Of a DNA stretch of 64,000 bases, positions 21,621-36,300 are shown piece after piece. The translations under genes and the position numbers were made by a program. Position 1 is the first letter of the stretch, and each line of letters begins with the position of its first letter. The notes below the pieces were generated by a model. The model saw only the letters and a program-made list of their open reading frames with translations, was not told where the DNA came from and made no database searches. Source of the stretch: Haplodiscus bocki (Eukaryota); the NCBI GenBank assembly GCA_965655095.1, contig OZ296648.1, positions 30,380,001 to 30,444,000 of the forward strand, given 5' to 3'.

Positions 21621-24229
21621 CTACTGCAAGTTGCCCCCCCACCGAAACTGATGTGTTTTGTCTAGCATATACTCATGTGTTCTACCTATCGGTTTCTGTC
21701 GGCAGATCAGCTGCGGATTCAATGTCTACCGTTTTCCATCTTGGAAGGACCGAAAACGGTGTAAATCCATACTTTCTCCCAAATCCGTTCCGCTTCAGTT
21801 TTTCTTTTGCTATAACTCTCTGTAAATGAGAGTATTCGTGATCGCTTATAGCAGAATGGTTTTCGGATTGAAAGCATCGGAACAGATGTTTTCCGATGTG
21901 GTGCAGATTCAGCTCAATACAAGTCTGTTTAAAAAATTTACTGCATTACAGGGAGCACATGTGATAATTGCAGGTTTCCGGCAGAAGCTTACCAGTGTTT
22001 TTTAGTCTCCTAGTATGTATTTTCACTTCTGAGCTTCAGTCAGACTCTAGCACCTGTCTACTTTGCGTTATCATGTCAATTCTGCACTTTTGGTTAATGA
22101 TGGTGGGTGACTACTAATTTATCATTTGCTCACCGACGTTGGGTTTCACACACTACATAGCATTTTATATAATAAATAGTCGCGTTCATACCGGGGGGAG
22201 AGGGAAGTAACATGATATAGATGCTTATGTACATTTCTGCGTTGTTTGGCTACAGAAATTGTTTTAAGATCCTAATTACTATGGTTGGCTTCATACAATA
22301 ATTCATTGACGTACTTTTAGGGATATGTAGATGACACCTTCATGACACCTCCGATTTAAGGAATGGGACAAAACTGCCGATTTCTATATTGAGACAAATA
22401 TTTTTTATCATTTTAAAAAAAATAAGGTAATAATGTCTTTTGAAACACACGCGGAAATTAGAGTTACATGACGGCACCACTATAATTTACCTTTTTTCAT
22501 AATATCAGTATTTTGCGAGTAGTTTCAAATGTCTTTTCAATTTCAGAACCTTTGAGTTTTCGGACTTTCATTCTTAACTCTACGTTGTAAACGTGTAATT
22601 GGAACACCACTAGCAGACGTGGTAATGCTGTAACTTTTTCAACACACGGTTTTGTACATATGTTCAAAGTAATTTTTTTCGAGTTTAATTTTGGCAAAGT
22701 TTTGAAGTTGTGGATGAACAGATCCTACATAGTGTAGGGATTCACTTGGTTCTTCGCGGGCCAATCCCAAGACTATGTCAGTTTTTTCACCGGCCAATCA
22801 CTAATCCAGAAAAGGTACTGTGAGGGTAAATCTCAGCTGGGAAACAAAAGTTACATGTAGCCTATGCCAGCCTACTGCGAATTCACGTTTATCTACGGAA
22901 CGACCAGGGGGACGAAGAAGCGTCCATCCCCGTTGCTACTAGTTTCACTATATTCAAAGTTGGACTGCAGTTGAAAACTTCTGTAATTTCTATCTCGCTG
23001 TAATTTCTATCTCGCTCGTCTTTGTTTAAACAAAATTTGTATCTCAGTGTTTTTTCAAACACCCGAGTATTATATAGTTTCATACTTCCACAAATTTTTC
23101 CTGCTTTCTCTTTTCAGATTTTTGGGATGATTAAAACTCGTTGACTTCAATCCTATTGTTTTGAGGAGTGGTCTTATACTCAAGTTTTCTGTTTTCTACA
23201 CCACCTTCTGGGTTTCGCATATTTTACAACGAATTTAACAGCTGTTTTCTCGAGGTTGAGAAAATGAAGAACCACTTGAGATGGAAGAAAAACTCTTGAA
23301 ACAAGTAGTACGGTTCAACCAGAGTTCAGTGATATCCGACAGTTTTCGAAGACGGGCAACTGTTTTGATGAGCCAGCAAGCTAGAAGTGTCGATTTCGGA
23401 GCAAAAACTAAAACAACGGAAACCCTCGACGTGATGGGAGCTACTGTAAAAACCTACTGGAAAAAGTTCCAAATACGTTTCGGAATTTGGGATCTACATA
23501 ATATACACACTGTGCTTTTTTTGTGACTGGATCTCACGCTCGAATTGTTGTCCATATTAAGCCAGCACCCGAAAGAACTGGACTCTACAGTCCCTCCCCA
23601 GGAGATCAGATTACTCCTCTTGCTCGGAAGATCCTACGCACAACTGGTATCAAAGTATAATCACTTCAAACGAAAAGTGATTGTAACTCCTCCACTGATT
23701 TGAAGGTAATTCAAGCCTTTATCTATGCTCACGTGAAATTGAATGCTTCACGACTCTGAAGGAACTTGTGTTCCACTGAAGCCAGTGTCGAAACGAATTG
23801 ACTTTTATATATCAGATTCTTGACTCAATTAAAAAGCATCATTTGGTTTAGTTTGGGATTATATTCAAATTACAAATGAAGAAACTGAAGTTCAATTTTA
23901 CCAAATTTTGGAACAAGTGGAGTCATAGGTTTTTTGATGGTGGAATCAGTTAAATTGATCTACTTCAATTTACGAGTTTGGTTTCCTCTAAGCTCGTTTT
24001 TGAGCACGACTCTCTTCGTTGATGCAAAAGAAATGACTGACATCTTTCCCAAAGTTTCATTTTTGTGGTGTGTCCGGAACCGCACAACACTAACTAATGT
24101 CATCCTTGGGGTACATACACTAGCTTTCACTCAAACGGTGTTGTGTATGACTGGAGACTTTTTTGAATCTTTTTTTCGAAAGTTTACTGCGCTGCAAAAT
24201 GTTAAGAGTAAATTCCTCCAGGCCTCTCC

Positions 24230-27200
24230 CATGCGCGGTGGCCCTGGGACTTTCTCAGCGCGCCATTTCACAGGAACTTTTTTCGTGCGCCACTTTGCTG
24301 AACGTTCTCTTCATGCCTTATTTTGCTGGAGCTTTTCCCCTGCGCTTTTCGGCAGAGATTTTTCCCGTGCGGTTTTTTGCACGGGTATTTCCATGAACGC
24401 GTCCGAGTGAGCTTCACCCGAGCGCCCTTGCGCGGAGGCTTTGCCGTGCGCTCTTTTGCAGGGTTGTTTTCCGTGCGCTCTTTCCCGGGACTTTTTCCTT
24501 GAGCTATTTTACAGCGCCTGTCGCCGTGCGATTTTTCGCAGGGGTTGTTTCCGTGCGTTCTTTCGCAGGGTCTTTTTCTGTGCGTTTTTTGCAGCTGGTT
24601 CCTTCCGTGCACTTTTTCACAAGGGTTTCTTCGGTGTGGCCTTTGTGAGTGGAACTTTTCCGTGCGCTCTTACGCAAAAATCTCTCCGTGCGATTTCTTG
24701 CAGGTGCTTTATTGTGCGCTGTTTTGTAAAGGCTTTTTTCTGTGCACTCTTCTGCGGGGGTTTTTCGGCGTACACTTTCGCAAAGATTTTTCGATAGCCT
24801 TTTCCCGGCGTCTCCCCCGAGCGCTTTAGTGGAAGGGTTTTTCTCGTGCGATCCCACGCAAGGTTTCTTCCGCGCAGTCTTTTGCAGGAGCTTTTTCAAT
24901 CCACTTTTTCGCGGGGGCTTCTTCGTACGCTTATTTCGGGGACTTCATTGGTGCGTTCTTCGGTGAGGGCTTTTACCCGGTGCTCTTCCTCAGAGGCTTT
25001 TTACGGGCTCTCTTCCGCACCGGCTTCCTCCGTGAAGGTTTTTCCACGGGTTTTCCCGTGCGTTTCATCGCAGGGGGTTTTCTTGTATTCTTTTTCGTTG
25101 GGGCTATTTCCGTGGGCTCTTTTGCAGAGGCACCTTTTCCGTTCATTCTTCCGCAAGAGCTTTTTGCATGCGCTTTTCCCAATTCTTTTTCCCGTGCATT
25201 TTTGCAGGGGCTTTTTCCTTGCGCCTTTTTGCAGTGCTGCTTCCTTGCCCTCTTCCGCAGGGGCCTCTTTGTCGTTTTTTTCGGGGACTTCTTCTCTGCG
25301 CTCTTCCGCAAGAGCTTTCACAAAACACTTTTCTTCAAGAGTTCTTGCCGTGCTCTTTTCCGCTGGGCTTTTTTCGTGCGCTCCTTCGCAGTGGTTTTTC
25401 CATGCGCCTCATCGAAGAAGTTTCTTCTGTGCGCTTTCTCGCGGGAGAGACCCATCCGCGCGCGTTTTGCAAGATTTTTTTTCCTTCGCTCTTTTGCGGA
25501 GGCTTTATCCGTGCACGCTTTCACAGTTGCTTTTTTCGAGCACTTTTTCGCAAAGATTTTTCTGATTTGCTCTTTTGTAGGGGTTTTTTCATGCAGTCTT
25601 TTGCGGGGGCGCTTTCTCGGTGCCCCCTTTCGCAAGTTCCTTTCCCTGCCCTCTTTTATGGGGCTCTTTCGTGTGCTTTTTCCCGGGGAATTCATCCGTG
25701 CGTTCTGTCGCGAGAGCTTACTCCTAGCACTTTTCTTCATGGTTTTCGCAGAGCGCTGCTCCGCAAGGTCTTCAAACCTGAGCTCTTTCGTAGCAGCTTT
25801 TTCATGCAATCTTTTGCAGAGGTGTTTTCTGTGAGTCCCTTCGCGGGGGCTCCTTCCGGGGGCCTTTCATGGGAGTTTTTTCCTTGCAATAAATCGCAGA
25901 GGCTTCAGACGTGCACTCTTCCGCAGTGGCTTTATCTGTGCACTCTTTCGCAGCGGTTTCTACCGTGCGGTCTTTTGCATTGCTAAATTCTGTGCGCTCT
26001 TTTCTGCAAAACAATTTCCGTGCACTCTTTCGCAAAAATTTTCCTCTGCGTTTTTCAAGGGTCCTCCCTCCGAGCGCTCTAGCGCCAGGGTTTTTCTCGT
26101 GCGCTCTTACGCAAGAATTTTCTCCGCCTTCTCTCGCTTAGGTTTTTTCTGCGCGTTTTTTCGTGGGGTTTTTCTCGTCTGCTTTTTGCAGGGCTTTTTT
26201 TCGTGCGCTTTTTTTGGCAGTGGTTCCATCAGTGCACTATTTCACGATGGGTTTCCGAGAGCTCTCTCTCAGGAAAATTTTACGAGCTCCCTTCCTGAGG
26301 GTTTTTTCGTGCACATTTCTCACGGGCTTTTTCCGAGCGTTCTATTGCAGGGGTCTTTTTGTTATTCTCTTCCGTACTGGCTGTTATCGTGCACTCTTAC
26401 ACAGGAGCTTTTCCCTGCGCTCTTCCGGACTTGCTTTTTGCGTGCACTTTTTAGCAGTTGCTTTTCCTCAGTGTTCTTTGCAGGCGCTATTCCGTGCGCC
26501 TCTCGCAGTCTTCTGTCCCTGCCCTCTTTCGCTGCGATTTCTCTGCATGTTTTTTTTTACCTGGGACTTCATCCGTCACCTTCTCCGTGAGGACTTTCAG
26601 TAAACTCTCTTTGTCAGGGGTTTTTTACGGGAACTCTCCTGCAGGGGCTTCTTCCGTGCACCGTTTCGCAGGGGTTCGATCTATACGCTGTTTCTCAACG
26701 TGGTCTCTCGCTTGCGTTGATCCGCAAGAGTTTTTCACTGCACCTTTCAGCTGGAGATTTATCTTTGCGCTATTTCGCGGAAAGCTTTTTTGGTGCGGTG
26801 TTTCACAGGAGTTTTTTTCCGTGCGCTCTTACGCAAAACTTTTTGGGTGAATATTTCATGGGTTTTCATTTCGTGCGCTTTTTTGCAAGGTATTTTTCCG
26901 TGCGCTTTTTGGCACCGACTTTTTCAAGCACTTTTTCGAAACGGTTTCTTTTTTGCGCTCCTTGGTGGGGGGTTTTAACCGTGCATTTTTTTTGCAAGGG
27001 TTTTTTGTGTGCGCTCTTTTTAAAGGGTCGTTTACCCATGCACTGTCTTGCGAGGGCTTTTTGCGTGAACTCGTTCTCAGTGGCTTTCCGTGCGCTTTTG
27101 TTGGGGTCTCTCACCAAGCGTTCTAGTGCGAAGGCTCCTCTCGTGCACGCTTAGGTAGGGCTTTTCCCACGCGCTCTCTTATAGGGTCCTTTTCTGTGCG

Positions 27201-27850
27201 GTCTTTCGCGGTGGCTTTTCCCGTGCGATCTTTCTGGCAGGGTTTTCCCGTGTTCCTTTTTGCGGGGGTTTTTTCTGTTCGTGTTTTGCCGGCGACTTCG
27301 TCAGTGCACTTCTTTTGCGGTGTGTTTTTCGAAGCGCTTCTCTACAGGGGATTCTTACGTGCGCTCTTCCGTAGGGGCTCCTTCAGTGAACATTTTTGCA
27401 CAAACTTCCACCGTGCGTTCTGTCGCAGGGGTTTTTCTTTTATTCTTTTCCACAGGCAATATTTCCGTGCGCTCTTTTGCACAGACGTTTTTTCCCTGCA
27501 TTCTTCCGCAAGAATTTTTCTCTGCACTCTTCCGTAGTTACTTTTCGTATGCGCTTTTTCGCTGCTGCTTTTCGCGTGCGCTCTTTTGCGGCGGTTGTTC
27601 CCGTGCGTCTTTAGCCAGAAGTGTTTCTGTGCGCTTTGTGTCTTGAGACTGTTTCCATGCACCGTTTTGCCGTGGTTTTCTCCGTGGGCTTTTCTGTAGG
27701 GGTTTCTTGTGCGAGCTCTTTCTTGTGGGCATTTTCCGTGCGCTCATTCGCAGCGGCGTTTTCCCTGCGCTTCTTTGAAGAAGTTTTTCCTGGGCGCCAT
27801 TCGGGAGGGCTTTTTTTCGTGTTCGCTTTTGCAAACTGTTCTTCATGCAC
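24230..27850. repeat. Degenerate ~25-bp satellite/minisatellite (consensus like TTTTCCGTGCGCTCTTTTGCAGGGG)
   Basis: More than 100 imperfect units with strong T/C strand skew; generates spurious F-rich and K/R-rich ORFs. Confidence 0.9.
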
Positions 27851-29459
27851 AAGGTGGATGTTATTTACCTGAGGAGCAGCAGTTCAAGAGTTTTTCAATC
27901 GTTTTTTATAGAAATTGTTCGAATAATATTGAGCGCGAATGCTCTTTTTACGGTCCAACTTTATTCGGTATCACTTGATAGTTTCTAAAATCTGCTCGTT
28001 TAGGGCTAGAGATCAACAAAACTTAGGACGATTTGGGCGGCGAAACGTCATTTGTTGGATTATAATTGATCGTCGCTTCGTCTTAGCCCGAATCAAAGTG
28101 TCTAAATTTATCTTTCGAGGTTTCGTCGCCAATGGAAAGCTTTCTTTGTCTGGGAATTAAGTTTGATGTCGTTTCTTCAACAAAGTAAATGATTTCTTCC
28201 AATTCACATTCCGAAAAGTGTCGTTCATGCATGTCAGGTTCAGGAGGGCTTGGAATCTTCGTAAAGACTTGCGTTTCAACTTGATGGTTGCTTCGTTCAA
28301 TGTCATCGTCATAGTTCGAAAACGATGGAACATTGCTACCACGTGAACTTGGTAGAGCTCATTTTAGAGTAGATGAAATTGCTTTAGCTTCTAAGGTTTC
28401 CTCTCCGGTTTGTTTTCCCCGGTCATTGTCTTCCAGGATCTCTCTATGCACTTGCCAGTCTCCTATTTCGTAGTGGTAGAAAAAAAACAATTAAGGCCAT
28501 CGTTTTGTATGAAACGCATGCCGGTGAAGGCACTCAAAAATAATTTGTTGTTTGGAATCGTTTGCCGTAGTTTTTTTGAAGAGTCAAAACTTATATTGCT
28601 TGTCGTCATGTGGTGACCACTTGGGAGAACACTTTTGTAGACAACATGCTTCAACAAAGTTTTTGCGTATAAACATAGGCCTTTTGCTTACATGTTTTTT
28701 TTGTTTATCATAAACTATGGAATACATCTTCGTTTTGAGTCCAACGATTTCTTAGATAACTTGTTTTTTTCTGCCGTCTCATCTTCAAAATTGAATGTGA
28801 ACAGCTTGTCTTTGTCACAAAGAAGAAGACTGATGTTCAGATTGTTAGAAAAGTTGAAATCTAATTATAGCAGGGAGTCGTTTACTAACTTCTCATGGAA
28901 ATCTTTTCCCTCGACCTCACACGAGAGCAACTCAAGGTCAGAACACAATAGTGAACAGTCGAATGTCTTCATCATTGACTGGAAACAAGACAGCGTTTTA
29001 GGTAGAATGACATTGTTACGAGAACCCTACTTTAGGCTTCGGAACGTTTTGTTGTTGCTTCTACAGCATTTAGCTCGGACACCTAATGATTATGGACTCA
29101 AAATATATGGGTGGAAAAGACGCCAGTTCTTTTCTGTTATTCTTGGGGCTAAAAGTATCAATTTTGACATTTTATGTTTACCCTGTAAAGGAGTTCAGAA
29201 AAACGGAATTGGCAAGGTCGAGTATGCAGGCGCTAACGAGAATTGGCGTATCCAAGTAAACTTTTCCTCTGCGACTCGTTTCTGCTGGCAGGTTTTCGTC
29301 GAAGCTGATGAATGTTTTTCGGAAGCGTATTAGACTTTCCAGGGACGGCTTTTTTTGTCTTGAATAGTTTTGCGTTGACCCTGTTTCTTTTGTTTTAAAG
29401 AGTTTTGCCGCAACACGATTTGTTCATGAGCATCAAAAATGAATCCTCCAAGCTGTTCT

Positions 29460-31870
29460 TTGAATGAGTTCGCATTCTGGCGTTCAAATCTGGTGTAAGG
29501 CTCTAATCACCTTTCTCGTATGAACTGGAGGATCCGATGTTGTTTAGTGCTTTCGTGGCCGAGATCCACATGGGGCTTTAGGGTAATGTGATGAACGGTG
29601 TTACTTTCCTTCGCAGGGAAACTTTTTAGAGGCTTTGGCGTGGCAACAGTTCTATTGACTGCTTGAACCAAAAAGCCCATCTGATACTCGGAAAACAATT
29701 TGCGATGATTTGTCTATGTCATTGGAGCCAATTCAACGTCTTTATGCAAATGATGGAGGGCATCAAGTTCGTCAAAATAGACTTCTGACACAAAACCATA
29801 CTCCTAATCTTTTACAGACTCACGAATTGAGCTAAGTATAACAGTCACACTCTCGAAATTGCACGAAGGAAGTGCAAATATTTGAAAAACTCCACGGTTG
29901 AGGTTGTTTGCATCCACGAGGAGACCATTTGTTCTTGGTTCTGTCTCGTCAAATCTCTGCAGAAATTTGTTGTTTGTTATAGCCAAACGCTTTGAAAGCA
30001 CTGAAGAAACATCCTGTCTGATCCAATTCTCAGCCATCTCTAAATAAGTACGGTTTTTGAGCAATTCCACAGTTGCTTTACTAGCTTTTAGGAAAACACC
30101 AACAGAAAGATGCGAACACGTGCAATAGTGAACACTGTTCAAACCGTAAAAAGAATATGTAACTTGTGAAGCCTGCCCCACCAACATGCATGTATCAAAG
30201 TGTCCATTGTTACGTATAAGTTGTTATAACTACTGAGATTTTGCAGCCGAACTTTCAGGAAACTGTTGTTGCTTGTTGAAAGTTCTCTGAAATATATGAC
30301 ACTTTTACAACTTGGAGTGCGTTGGTCCATTTTCCTATTCTGAGGGCGGATTTTTCCAAAAAATTTTCATCGGAATCGAAATAGGAGTAGAAAAAAAATC
30401 TCTTCCGATGGAAAAGTTTCAATATGTCGGAACAATGCTGACGAATATGGTTTTACAATTAATTGAAAGCCTATGGAGGTTCTGCAAAATGCTTCACGAT
30501 TGTGTCCAGAGATGAAGTCAGAAATCTGCAGGAGCCGATGAAACATGAAAATCCATAGACATGTTTTTCAACTCATCGACAATTGGTGTAAGACACAACT
30601 TTCATACCAATCGAAAACGAAATGTGTTTCGACTCAAAAAACGAAAAACTATCGGCAAGTTTGGGAATGTATTTTACTGTCGTCGTATAAAGTTGCATTT
30701 TTTGAGCGCCAAACACAACAGTTCTCCGCTGGCATGACTGTCATATGGTGAAGCTTTGCCATAAAAACAGACGGTCTGTCGAATTTGAAAAAGACAGGAT
30801 GTGGAATTTGGTTGTCGATATGAACCAAGCAAAATGCACAAAATGCTTTTCGTGTCTTTCTAAAATCTCCTTGGAACTTCTATGAGAAACATCAAACCAA
30901 GTCGCTACCAATTCCGAGAGCAAGTCAAAATCAAAATTATTCATATAATGTGCGAACCAACTCGATTGATGGTTTTGGACCTGTAGATTGAGTCTCTTCT
31001 CGTCTGGTAGCTCTAGAGTAGCTGTTTTGATCTGCACGCCAGTCTCAATATGTCTTTTGTAAGTTACAGTTGTAGAGCAAACTTGAAAACAGTTCCGACA
31101 TCTTTTGTTATTGGACCGTCGATCTTGTTAGCTTCAACTGCTGACTGGAATTTTCAAGTCTTCAATCAAAACATAATAGTGAGCTGCACCATCGCTAAGA
31201 ACACGAACGTCTAAGATGAATAGTGAGTCATGTTGTTTTGATCTTCGCACTGGGTTGAACTTTTTCTTTTGGCAACGGAAAACATTGATTTGACTTTTGT
31301 TCATGTCTTCAAACTTTGGAATTTGCTTAAGAGCCATTGGCTTTTCGAAATTGCCAACTGGATGATATGTCAATGGATTGGAAAAGCTCTATGTTCCTGG
31401 GTTATTCTTATTCGCCAACCTACAATTTCATACAGACTCTGAGCATTAGCAAAATCTTCAAGGCCAGGTAAAAATATTGGAAGTTTTTAACATCATCCCG
31501 TTTTTTTTTGCTCAACAAGCATTTCATATTCTGACGGTTACCTGGAAATTCATGGAAGGTTGAACCTCGAATTGAGATGTAGGAAACTAGTTGAACGTAA
31601 TGACCCTTAATGTCTTTGAGCGTCCACCCACACTCTTGGGATGTGAACCTGAACAGACCCGATAGCGTTTGATCCAACATCGTGAGAAAAGTTTCCTCTG
31701 TGAGTTTTTCCCCAGGTAGACAGGTAGACCATTTCCATTTTGGAACACACCTTAATTGTTAGATCGGTGGCGTCTTCAGCTTTTAAGGCAAGGTTTTCGA
31801 ATTTGAAACTTGATCCTAGCTGCATTTTTTGCTTACGCTTGAACGGCCTCTTCTTTGTTCTCATCAACAA
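29460..31870 (-). pseudogene. polB: Polinton/Maverick protein-primed DNA polymerase B remnant
   Basis: GWTLKDI...SIRGSTF; IPKFEDMNKSQINVF...HYYVLIEDL; FLTSSLDTIVK; ENWIRQDVSSV...NNKF...LVDANNL (motif A); HHLHKD...LAP; HRILQF. Truncated before motif B. Confidence 0.85.
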
Positions 31871-33265
31871 AAATGCTTTTGATTCACCAAGAACTGTATG
31901 AAATCATGACCGCCGTTTACTTCTAAGAAGTAGGTCTGCCCTGAATTACCGGAGGCAGATGCTTGAGGTAAATACTGTTCCCTATTTTGAGTTTGTGTAA
32001 CTGGAAGCACCGAACAAACTTCTTCTAAGTATTATTGAAAGTATTTGTATAAGAGTGGAATCCATTGCAACAAAAGCAGAACTTCTGTTTTGCGGTACTG
32101 TGTTTTACTTCATCGTGTTTCTTCATTATTGCCAAACAGTAACATTTGGAAGGACTTTCTCAGCGCTGACTTCGACAATTAATTGTTTTGGAAATTGTGA
32201 GGATGTCGATATAGGTTTTTCTTGTTGGCAAACGTCTTGCTGCAAAAAGTACAGTTTATCGTTTATCTGTTTTTACCGCTGCTGAGATTAAAGAACTGAA
32301 CTTGAATACTTCAGAAAGTAAAAATGTTTTCCTTAACGTTTACGGTCGTCTATTTTGCCGACTAACGTTTCAGGCTAAAAATAGGTCATCTCAAGAAATG
32401 CGTAACTACTGAAGAAGTTTTGGGTGTTTAAAGTAGTGTTCTACGTCTTCCTCTGGAAACAAATACATCTCGTTCTTTTGTTTGTTCGAAAAAGATTACG
32501 CTGAAGGTTTTAATTTTCTGTTCACCACTTTTTACTTCTTTTCAAATCAGGTATCACTAGCTTCATCCATGCGATATCTTTGAAGTTTGTTTTTTCTTGA
32601 ATGACAGCCATCCGCTCAAAGTAAATTATGCCTGAATGCTTGAACTTCTTTGTTTCAGCGGGAGGAGTAGAACTAGTTGCTTTTATGGTGTTCTTCCTCA
32701 AATTGCAAAATATTCACGCCGAAGTTTCCCAGTTTTTATCGAAAAAAAAATTGTAGAAAAATCGAAAATTGTAGAAGACAATCAAGAACAATCTTATCAG
32801 GTAAATGACAAATGGAAGATCCGAGAGATTTTTTGCTTCTACTGGTGGTGAAAATGTGGGCCGGTAACCCAATTTTTTTAGTGCCTGAGGACATTCAGAA
32901 AAGCAGCAAGGCCTTGATTTCGCAGGAACTTCAAGCTGAATAAACGTTGTACTGTTCCTAATACCCTTTCGATAAGTGGAAGCTGGAAAAAGAGATGGCG
33001 GTGAAACTTCTTTCAGAGTTGGGGACTGCGAGATGCTAACTATCCACAGTACGAATCTATCGTTCCTATGTTCGACGTCAAGCCCAACTGGTTCTCGGAT
33101 AGGCTTATATCTTCGCAATTGGATGGGAACAAGTCCTCGGTACGTGGACAAAGATTTTCCTCTACTACGCCCTCAGTTCCTAAACTGATGACAAAGCTGG
33201 GTGGGACGCTCTTACACTTCAATATCCCGAATATGTCTTTAGATACGGATCTGAGATTTCAGAAG

Positions 33266-33269
<4 letters not shown>

Positions 33270-33302
<33 letters not shown>
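33270..33302. repeat. (CT)n microsatellite
   Basis: Direct observation. Confidence 0.95.
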
Positions 33303-33305
<3 letters not shown>

Positions 33306-36300
33306 TCCATTTCGCTGACAACCGCTACCGATTTACTGAATCAAGTTTCGTGAGAAAAATAACAATAAGAACATTAAAAGTTGGTGATAGTTTGATTTTC
33401 TATATTCATTTAATGACTTGTAATTATTTACAATCTTGAAAATAAAGAAATAGGTCTCGTCTGTCAAGAAAAATGTAAAACACCGTAAAAAGAAGAAGAC
33501 TTTATAAAGGAACGCAATTGTCAGTTTGGCGATTTATTGAACGTGAACCAGACATAAAAAAAGGAAACTTAGAATGGCGACAAAATGAAATTGGTTTTTG
33601 TCTGCGTCACTAATAATGTCTAGATTCTAGACAGTTTGTTTATAATTATTGTCTAGGCCTCATTTTTTGGTGGTTATACACTTTTTTACCAGTCGTAAAA
33701 TGAATAGAGATCATGATCGTATCACTTTTTTACAATCGGTGTTTTTGTGTGGTCGACATATGAAACTTGTTTACAAGTAGTAAAACAAGTCGCTGCAATG
33801 TCCTGTATTTACAGTACTGTCACCAGTTTTTTTGACTTGTTTATTTTCCAACAAGCATCACTGTTTATATACAAAATTAACGGTTCATTTCGAACGATAG
33901 AATTAAAGTCCGATATATCAAATTGCCTCTGTGTGGTTTTATTTTATTCGGTTTGTATCATTCAACTTCAAACGTTGCCTAGAAAGCAGCTTCCTGCGCC
34001 AATTTCAATTTTTCACATTTCCCAGATTTTTCACTTCTGGCAGTATCTCTATACATTACTTCATGGTAACTTATTTTCCTGTGAACATACTTCTTTTTTC
34101 ATCGATTCGTTATTCCATGCCTAGAATATTTTTCTGGGACCCATAAAACCTTTTTGTAATTCTCGCCGAATCTGACTTGATTTTTTCAGGTTCCAAAAGT
34201 AGTTGAGGGTTTAGAGGAACAAACGCCCGACTTTTGGATGAAATGTAGGTGAAAGTTTCAGTAAAGTTTTCGTGTTGAATAACCGCGTGTGATAAACTCA
34301 TTGAAAACCACTTTTGCTTTGCTTTTGGTTTACTGTCTGACGAAAGCGCAAACTGTGACCTTGATCATAAACGTCATTTCTTTTCCTACAATCAATCTTA
34401 AAATATCAAAAATGCGGAAAAAGTACGCCGTGCTAAATTTATATTCAACTTTCTCGCCTATGATACATATTACTTTTCTTAAAAGTTGAACGGTGAAACG
34501 TTTGAAAAGTCTAATCAAACAGTGATATCAAACAGGAAACTGGAGAACATCAGACCGTTTTTTGAAAGCTCGAAATGAATGTGCAAATGCGACCCCGTAG
34601 TGAGAAACGGAAATGTAGGTCGGCGCAAACCAGCGCCCTGTCCCGGTTTTTCTCAGAAGACTAAACATGATACGCAATGACCAACATGCAGCTTTATTTC
34701 ACAAGATGAATGATAATTTTAATTCTGGCCTTGGCACTATAGGCAAAGAATTTCTAGCTGTTCATCCTGTTTTGAAAAAAAAGGTTTTTGAAAAACTAAT
34801 AGATTCAACGTGAGCGAAAAACGTTGTAAAATTTATAATTATTTCACAAAAATTACTAGGCGTTGATCATCGATCAACGGTATCACAGGTTAGTTAACCA
34901 CTCAAAACATAATGAGCGATGTGTATAAAATAAAATCCACATAAGTTCCAGGTAGGCAGTTGACGAGATTTTTGAAATGACTCTTCACTTTTGAAATCTG
35001 CATAGGTTAGGCGACTTTTATTTCCTTGCAACGTCCAGACGTTAGTTCGATTGATCACCGAATAGATAGTTTCCGTCAATGTTACATACTAAGAGCCAAT
35101 GCATCCCTTCTTCATCAGAATTTTTGTCACCTTTCCGTTACTTTGGCGTGAACGATGATGTCGGGGAAATGGTTTTTAAGCTTAGAAACAAAGAGTAGAA
35201 GGAAGATTAATCGTAACTTCCAGAGTCCCAGTTTGGACAGGGTATATTCTTCGTATACCAAATTAAACGTTTCTGTGCCTTGACATAGACTAGATGGATG
35301 GGATAAGGTGGCTTAAGAAGAAGTGTATCGATGTAATCGAGACTCCGAACAGATAACTCTTTAATATAGAATGGTTGATTTAAAAAACGAAAACCTTTGA
35401 AATCAGAAACAACTATTGGAGGTATAAGCTTGACAGGGAAGTGAAGAGTTTTTGGTGTAGTTTTGTGGTTTAAAACGCAATTTCAAAAAGTAATAGAACA
35501 ACGTTCCTCAACATGTGACAAAATTAGGAAGAGGAAGCAGTAACCAAAAAAGGGCTCGCACAGAATAAGGAGCCCACCAATATCCGGAAAAAAGTTGGCG
35601 CTTGTTGTATGTTTATCGTGAGTTCCGACATCAAGATCAAGATGGATATCCTAAATACATCTGAAACAGCCCACAATTTGGCCAAATAATACACAAGACC
35701 GAGAGAAAAACGTAAAAAAACTCCGTGATCAGGGTTTTTCAATGTCGTTACAAGAAGATCAACCACTACAAGACAGTTACCCATAACTAGACTCGAAAAA
35801 ACTGGATAAAAGTGGTCGATAGCAAAAAAATTGTCTCGTTTTTGGAAAAAACAAGCTTAGTCGGCATGAAAACGTTGGCCAAAGATGAGCTGCACTGATG
35901 CCATTTTGTAATGAGAACTGACTCCATACTGCCCTTGAGCAAAGAATATTGTTCCTTGCCAAGTAATTTCATCTGCATTTCCATCCCCTTGATCGAATTA
36001 TTGCACATGGCAAGTCTAGAACTGAAGGTGTTCCCGATCATACGTTCTGGAGAAAAACGTTGCCATCAATGATCCTCTGCAGTTTTTCCTAGGACTAGAG
36101 CTGGGAATGCAAAGTTTTTCATCGTTTCAACTCAGCATGTGTGTATCTATCTTCTCACAAAAAAAGAAACTGTCAAATGGTACATTGAAGAATAAAATCC
36201 AGACGGTAGTTTCGGGGATCCATATTTTTGAATTTGAAGGCAAACTCGAATTCGTACAAATCGTGCAAACGTACAAATCGAAAGTTCTAGCGGTTTCAGC

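Noticed and set aside
24163-27978. Dozens of long F-rich or K/R-rich ORFs
   Set aside because: By-products of a stop-poor satellite; unit length varies and frames are not conserved.
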